A stretch of DNA of 64,000 nt, taken from positions 35,464,001 through 35,528,000 of the forward strand of contig OX597821.1 in assembly GCA_951406725.2 (NCBI GenBank), in the 5' to 3' direction. The position numbers were made by a program, and so were the translations under genes. The notes beneath the pieces are model-generated. The model was not told the DNA's origin, did no database searches, and saw only the letters and a program-made list of their open reading frames with translations. The stretch comes from Octopus vulgaris (lineage: Eukaryota). Shown piece after piece: positions 58,020 to 64,000 of this stretch. The stretch's first letter is position 1; each line of letters opens with the position of its first letter.

Positions 58020-58215
58020 AAATATAGGGAGAGTTTACGAAAAAAACAAAAGACGAAGACAGGTGGTGTACAAAACAAGCATGTGTATTAGTATACGGCT
58101 CAGGAATAGTGAATGTATTTTACGTTTCGAGCCTACGCTCTTCTACAGAAAGGGACACATAAAAAACAAGGAGAGAAAAAAAGGTGTGTAGTGGCTAACG
58201 ATCTATCATGGCGGC
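58020..58215 (-). mobile_element. ~200-bp repeat with variant hammerhead-like core (PLE pLTR-like)
   Basis: Minus strand: ttt CTGTAGA a GAGC gtag GCTC GAAA cg TA aaa; inverted copy at 62580-62785. Confidence 0.6.
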
Positions 58216-59849
58216 ATATATAAATATGTAGATATATATTTAATCACATACATATACAGATGTTTAATAGCATATTTAGATAAACTAGACATGGGAAAGG
58301 ATATTATGAAATGAGAAACGAGATAGAAAACGATGGTGGATGCAAATTTTGAATATCTATTGAGAATCGATTCGTCAATATCTACTACTCTAACTTAAGT
58401 CCTAAAACCATACTTAAACCTGTACAAGCTTCTACATATCTCGAAAAGTTTCGTGATTCTGTTTCAGATATATAAACATATATAGAAAGTGTAATTTTGG
58501 TTTACTAATCATGAAAAACACAAAAAGGAAGCTAAAACGTCAGTAGTTCAAGCTAGAGATAATGAATGTGAAAGCTATTTTTGATTTCCTTACATAACAT
58601 CTGAAGACACAATTTGATCTCTACTATTGCTAGAACCAAAATATATACTTTAGTTTTCTAAAACAGTATTTAGATCTGTCTGTGTAGTAGCTATTTGATC
58701 AGAGCGTTTCTCTGAATATTGTCAGACGTTTTATGGTAAAATTGTAATTAAACCGATACGACCAAAAAGATGAAAGGTTCGTGCAGCTTTCATTGAATTC
58801 TTGTTTTTCTTTTTTACTGCCTACATGAATTTGCAGAACACCGTTTACATATATGTGCCACACGCACATGAGCATGTGCACATACTAACGCTTACATATA
58901 TTTATGCATAAATATAGACACACAAACGCGCTCATGCGTATTGAAATTTATAATCCATCGGTATATTTACATGTGCATGTATATTTGTATTCATGCTCAG
59001 ACACACGCACTCAGACACAGACGTACACGTCGATACCTATACACACATACGCTCATATATGTATATAAGAGCGAATGGATTTCTGTATGTGATGTACATG
59101 TTTATATGTAATAAATGAGGAAAAGAAAAACAACCATATATCTCTTTGGTACGAGTGTGATATTGGATAAGTAGGTATGCCATGGGGGAGAAAAAAAAAC
59201 ACACGTTTCTAGATAGACTCATCGTCTAATTAATAAAAAAAATCTTTCTTGGAAGATTTCCGATTTTAATCAGAATGCATTTTCCGACTGCAAAAAGAGA
59301 TGGGAGCAAAGCGCGGATAAGGATGCAAAGGTGGCGTAGGTAATATACAGAAATATATACCATACTGCGTAGGAACTGAGTAACTGATAAGAATGACGAA
59401 GTGATGTATTTTGAGAGAGTATGTAACTAGGTACATTAAAACTGCTATTTATTTTATGTTGGGTTCTTTAAAAAAAGATGATATTCTTATATATTTCTCA
59501 TATATACTTATTAATTTAAAATAAATGTCCCCATCTTCATGTGCACTAGAGGTATTAATCTTTACTTATATGTCATGAATCTACTTTCAAACAAATTTTC
59601 ATGACTTTCAGGTATTAGGTTCGAAGGTGACCTTAACTAATTCTTTCATATAAGAACCTGCACTTAGTTGTGTGTCTATCACGATCAGTTTTCTGATACG
59701 TGTTTCAGGATTCCATTCCACTCCACTGCTTCTTGGACAGCTGTCGTCAACCAAAGTCTCATCTTCAGTTAATTCATATTATTAAATGTAGAAAAGTAGA
59801 GATTGTAGAGAAAAGGTCAAACTTTTCTTTGATGATGTCTAACTATATC

Positions 59850-59914
<65 letters not shown>

Positions 59915-61382
59915 GGCATTATTACACATAAATGCCACACGCTAGGAGGGACTTTCAAAGTCATTTCTACCAAAAATAAACGAATCGTACCGAATGCAGC
60001 TCTCGAAGCAAGACATTTAGAAAAGAATTTAGTTCCAGATCACTTGTGATTTCGCAATTAACGTATTATCTACGTCTTTTGTTCATCAGTGAAACATATT
60101 CAGAACACATCAAAAATAAACAAAACCAATATACCTAGCGGAACCGAACAGGCAACCGTCGCCTCTACCGTAGTACATGGACGTGTTTATTCGTCATATA
60201 TTCATGTAAATGGCGGGCTTTTTCGAACTGCATTTCGGAAGGAGACGTGTTTCATCGGAACAAATTTAACAATTAAGGATAAAATCTTAATAAGAAATTA
60301 TCAGGTAGTTAGCGGGAAAAACCTCATAAGAGAAAAAAATCTTAGTTTGACAAGTTGAAGTCATAATTGTGTTCCTTTAGCAGAGTTCTTCACGTTGTAA
60401 TTATTTGCGCAAGGACTCCCGTCGGTTGATAAGCAACGAATTAATAAAATGAGGTTCCGTTCCCCAACCACCAGTCTGTGCGAGTTTGTAATTTACGCAT
60501 AACTGTTGTGCTGCTCTTTCTCCTGTGACTAAACCAGACAAAAGAGAGACAATTGGACAGGAAACCGAAAGGAATACTTTGAAACATGAAAGATAGAACC
60601 AACAATGCTGCCTGTACTAGCATTATACATTGATGCGATCAGTATCTATGGTGATACTATAATAATCATCATTCTCCAACAACGTCTATCGATTTCGTTT
60701 CTTAATACGTTATTTTCACCAACTGCTGAGCTGCGAAAAACCGAGAGGAATACAAGTTGATTATTTCAAATATGGTAGACTTATTCTTATTTACTATCAA
60801 TGGTTTAAAATGTTGAAACGTACGTCTCTTTCATGAAAGCTGGCATTAGTGCTGCGTGGAGATTTCTTCAATAGAATTATTCGTCAAGTACAGACGAATT
60901 GCTCTCTGAAAGAAAGCGATATTACATGAACTACTAACCTATGAATGAGAAATTGCAATGTGTCTGAGACGTAAATCTATTACAAGTGAATGAGTACTTC
61001 TTTATTTTTTTTTATTAATTGGAAATATCTGAAGTACTTCTAGGAATTCAGTATATCTGAATTTTATAGTACATAATGGAACTGTACTGAAAAATTAGCG
61101 TAGATAAATGTACATTGTCTCACAGACTCACTCATATATATATATAACATCCGTACGCACATGTGTGCATATGTATAGAAATAAAAGCTATACTAAGCAA
61201 GAAAAGTAAATAACAGATTCCAAAATAGTCTACATAATAATAATGATAATAATAATAATAATAATAATAATGATAATAATGATAATAATAATAATAATAA
61301 TAATAATAATCATCATAATCATAATAATAATAATAATAATAATCATAATAATAATAATCATCATCATCATCATCATCATCAA

Positions 61383-61421
<39 letters not shown>

Positions 61422-62107
61422 CATCATTATGTGGATATTCTATTGTTGATGAAAAGTACTAGTTTCGGCAGAAAATGGCTCTTTGTGTAAAATTCCTTCT
61501 ACCAGCTTGACGTATTGCTTTAAAATAAAATGAATGCAAGCAGTTTCTTTCTTGTCCTCGGTTTCAGATGTTTGCTATGTTCTCATTAGTCGTTATATTT
61601 ACAGTGTTTCTGTGTCTGCGTGTTGCTTTAGATATTGTATTATGTATATGCCTCTATGTGTGTGTGTGTGTGTGTGTGTACATGTGCATGTGTGTGTGCA
61701 TGTGTTTGAAGTGTTTGACAGACGTGTATGCAGACGTGCTTTTCTGTTTTAATGATTATGATATAATTGAACGTCTCATACGTATGTGCGTGAATATGTG
61801 TTGATTGTTGCTCTGATTATCTGTTGTGTATGTGTGTGTATTTTGTATAACGGTAGAGGCCTCGTTGCGTTGACGACTATGTGAACTTTATTAAAGGTGG
61901 CAGGAATGATCACATAATCAGACACATGAAACCAGCAAAAACTGAAGTAGAAGAAATCAGTTAAAATCATATTTAGAAACGCACTAATGAGGAATTACAA
62001 CCTTGTTTCGTGGTCTGCTACCACAACAACTCCTGTATAGGATCCAGTTAGCTCAAGACATCATCAGGAGGAACCACATCCGGTTTCGGCCCCTAATCCT
62101 CTACCGT

Positions 62108-62435
62108 TGTGACGTGGCGGGGCCTCATCTTCCGGAGGTGTCTTCAGCTCTGGTGTAGGGTGCATGTCTTATTTCTTCTGTTCCCTGGCCTCTTCGATGT
62201 ATCGTCAGCGAGTGTCAACCGGTGACTGACTGACACGTCAAATTTTTCCCTTTAAATACCTACCGCAAGGCTCCAGCAAGCAGCCCCAGCAAGTTGTCAC
62301 GTGACACTGTCTCATCTTAACTGACTAGTTAAGGCGCGTAGTCCTTTATTAGCATTTTGTCTCAAACAACAGCCATCAGTAACTATCTATTCCTAAAGAC
62401 CTGAGAATTTGGAAAATTGCACACAACGGCTCACA
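62108..62435 (-). mobile_element. Possible LTR of a Gypsy-like retrotransposon
   Basis: TGTGA...TCACA termini, internal tatttaaa and aataa, followed on minus strand by ggtagaggat (weak PBS-like); no TSD. Confidence 0.3.
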
Positions 62436-62579
62436 TAATAATGTATGCTAGATAATCAGGAAATCGATTATCCTCTTTCATGGCAGCAAGTGGATGAGTG
62501 GATATTTTAGATCTGACTTTGATGTAAGAACGGCTGTCGGAAATTCCGTGGACTAGTTAAAACTATTTGGAATAGTCGT

Positions 62580-62785
62580 CGCCATGATAGATCGTTAGCC
62601 ACTACATACATTTTTTCTCTCCTTGTTTCTCTCCTTGTTTTTTTCTGTCCCTTTGTGTAGAAGAGCGCAGGCTCGAAACGTAACGGACTTTTCTATTCCT
62701 GAGCGTTATACTAATAAATCTGTTTATTTTGTACACCACCTGTCTTCGTCTTTTGGTTTTTTTCGTAAACTCTCCCTATTTGTAA
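62580..62785 (+). mobile_element. ~200-bp repeat, inverted partner of 58020-58215
   Basis: gccatgatagatcgttagccactaca..agaagagcgcaggctcgaaacgta..ttcgtaaactctccctat. Confidence 0.75.
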
Positions 62786-64000
62786 TATACAGTTCACACT
62801 TAATTCACAATAAGTTCCCTTTAGTTAGAGGAAAAATTTATATAGAGACGATTAATTACCAAGAAAAGAAAAGGGCAACAGGCATATAAACTAAGTGAGG
62901 ACAATATAAATGCTCCCCATAACGAAGTTAGCCTGTGATAGGTAGAAATCTCAAATGTTTAATTCATTGGATGTAATATTCAACTTTAGCAAAAGTTCTT
63001 CATCGTACATAAAATTAAATGAGTTATCCCAAAACACCTTCACATGATTTTTAGAAATCTTGAAATGTTACAAACCATTAAAAAAAATAATTCTCGACAG
63101 TCCGTATGGCGAAGCATCATTGTGCAGAATGATTAATATACGCTAAAACTTTGGTTCCAAAGAAACTATCAAATATTATAGGCACACACGAAACCTACTT
63201 ACAAACGAGAAGAAGGACCGCATGGAGTAATCCTCTATATTGCATGTCTAAACAGTGATAAGCGAAATAGGATTTCGTCTTTTATGAATCCATCGTGGCT
63301 AAAGAAATGATAAAAAATTTAATGTATAACATACCGTAATGTTTATGAAAATGTTGAAAACCAACGTGCAGACCATGTTAGTATTCTTTATTTATAAACT
63401 GAAGTATAATTTAAACCACCAAAAAGATACAAGATTTTTAGCAGCTATCTGTATTTAGGGAAAAATTGTATTGTACCTCTTGTAAAATTAGTTACTCTTA
63501 GATAAAATCCCAAGTTATATACAAGTAAAAGCACTCTACAACCATCACAATCTCGAAAGCCTATCGATTAGGAAATATCAAAACAATATTGAATACGCTT
63601 ACAGAATTGATCTATTCATATCGTCGCATACGTTGGTACCTCTTAGAAATCATCACAATATATAAATAAGAGTAAAAATGAGACCCAAATAATGGATTTC
63701 TTTACAGTTAAGTGAACTCTCGTTTACAGGAATCCTGTGAGCCTTGCCAAATAACTTAATGTTCAATAATTTAATAAAATATGATCTCCGATATGCTTTT
63801 AAGATATGACTAAGGCCAAAAAAGAAAAAAAAATCGCATCCTCCTTTTTTAATAGATTCACATAGCAACAACCGCCACGTTATCACAGATGTGAAAAGGC
63901 ATAAAAGCATATCCATAACAATGGGTTCACAGAAATACATCTGCAGATAAGCACAATAACCCCCCCCACACACACACACACAGAGTATACATAGACACAC

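Noticed and set aside
59685-59770. Minus-strand CTGAAGA ... GAAAC ACGT ATC hammerhead candidate
   Set aside because: Stems I and II do not pair convincingly.

Overview
This is AT-rich, microsatellite-saturated eukaryotic DNA. The SINE families and repeat landscape match my recollection of Octopus (cephalopod) genomes; that assignment is from memory, not a search. I found no supportable host protein-coding exon, and almost all ORFs in the track are translations of simple repeats. The window is largely decayed transposable elements: about a dozen 5'-truncated R4/Dong-type RLE LINE fragments mostly sitting in (TAA)n/(GAT)n tracts, RTE and CR1-group LINE pieces, at least four tRNA-derived SINE families, Tc1/mariner and pogo/Tigger remnants, two non-autonomous Helitrons plus a Pif1-like helicase relic, and Penelope-like element (PLE) fragments. 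The most interesting signal is non-coding: about ten type I hammerhead ribozyme (HHR) motifs with palindromic minimal stem III. They include a 589-bp terminally redundant, retrozyme-like unit in (TA)n (14771-15476), an apparently intact HHR whose long stem II also has SECIS-like geometry (56113-56207), and two divergent inverted HHR pairs. Coordinates of degraded elements are approximate and all pairings were done by eye.
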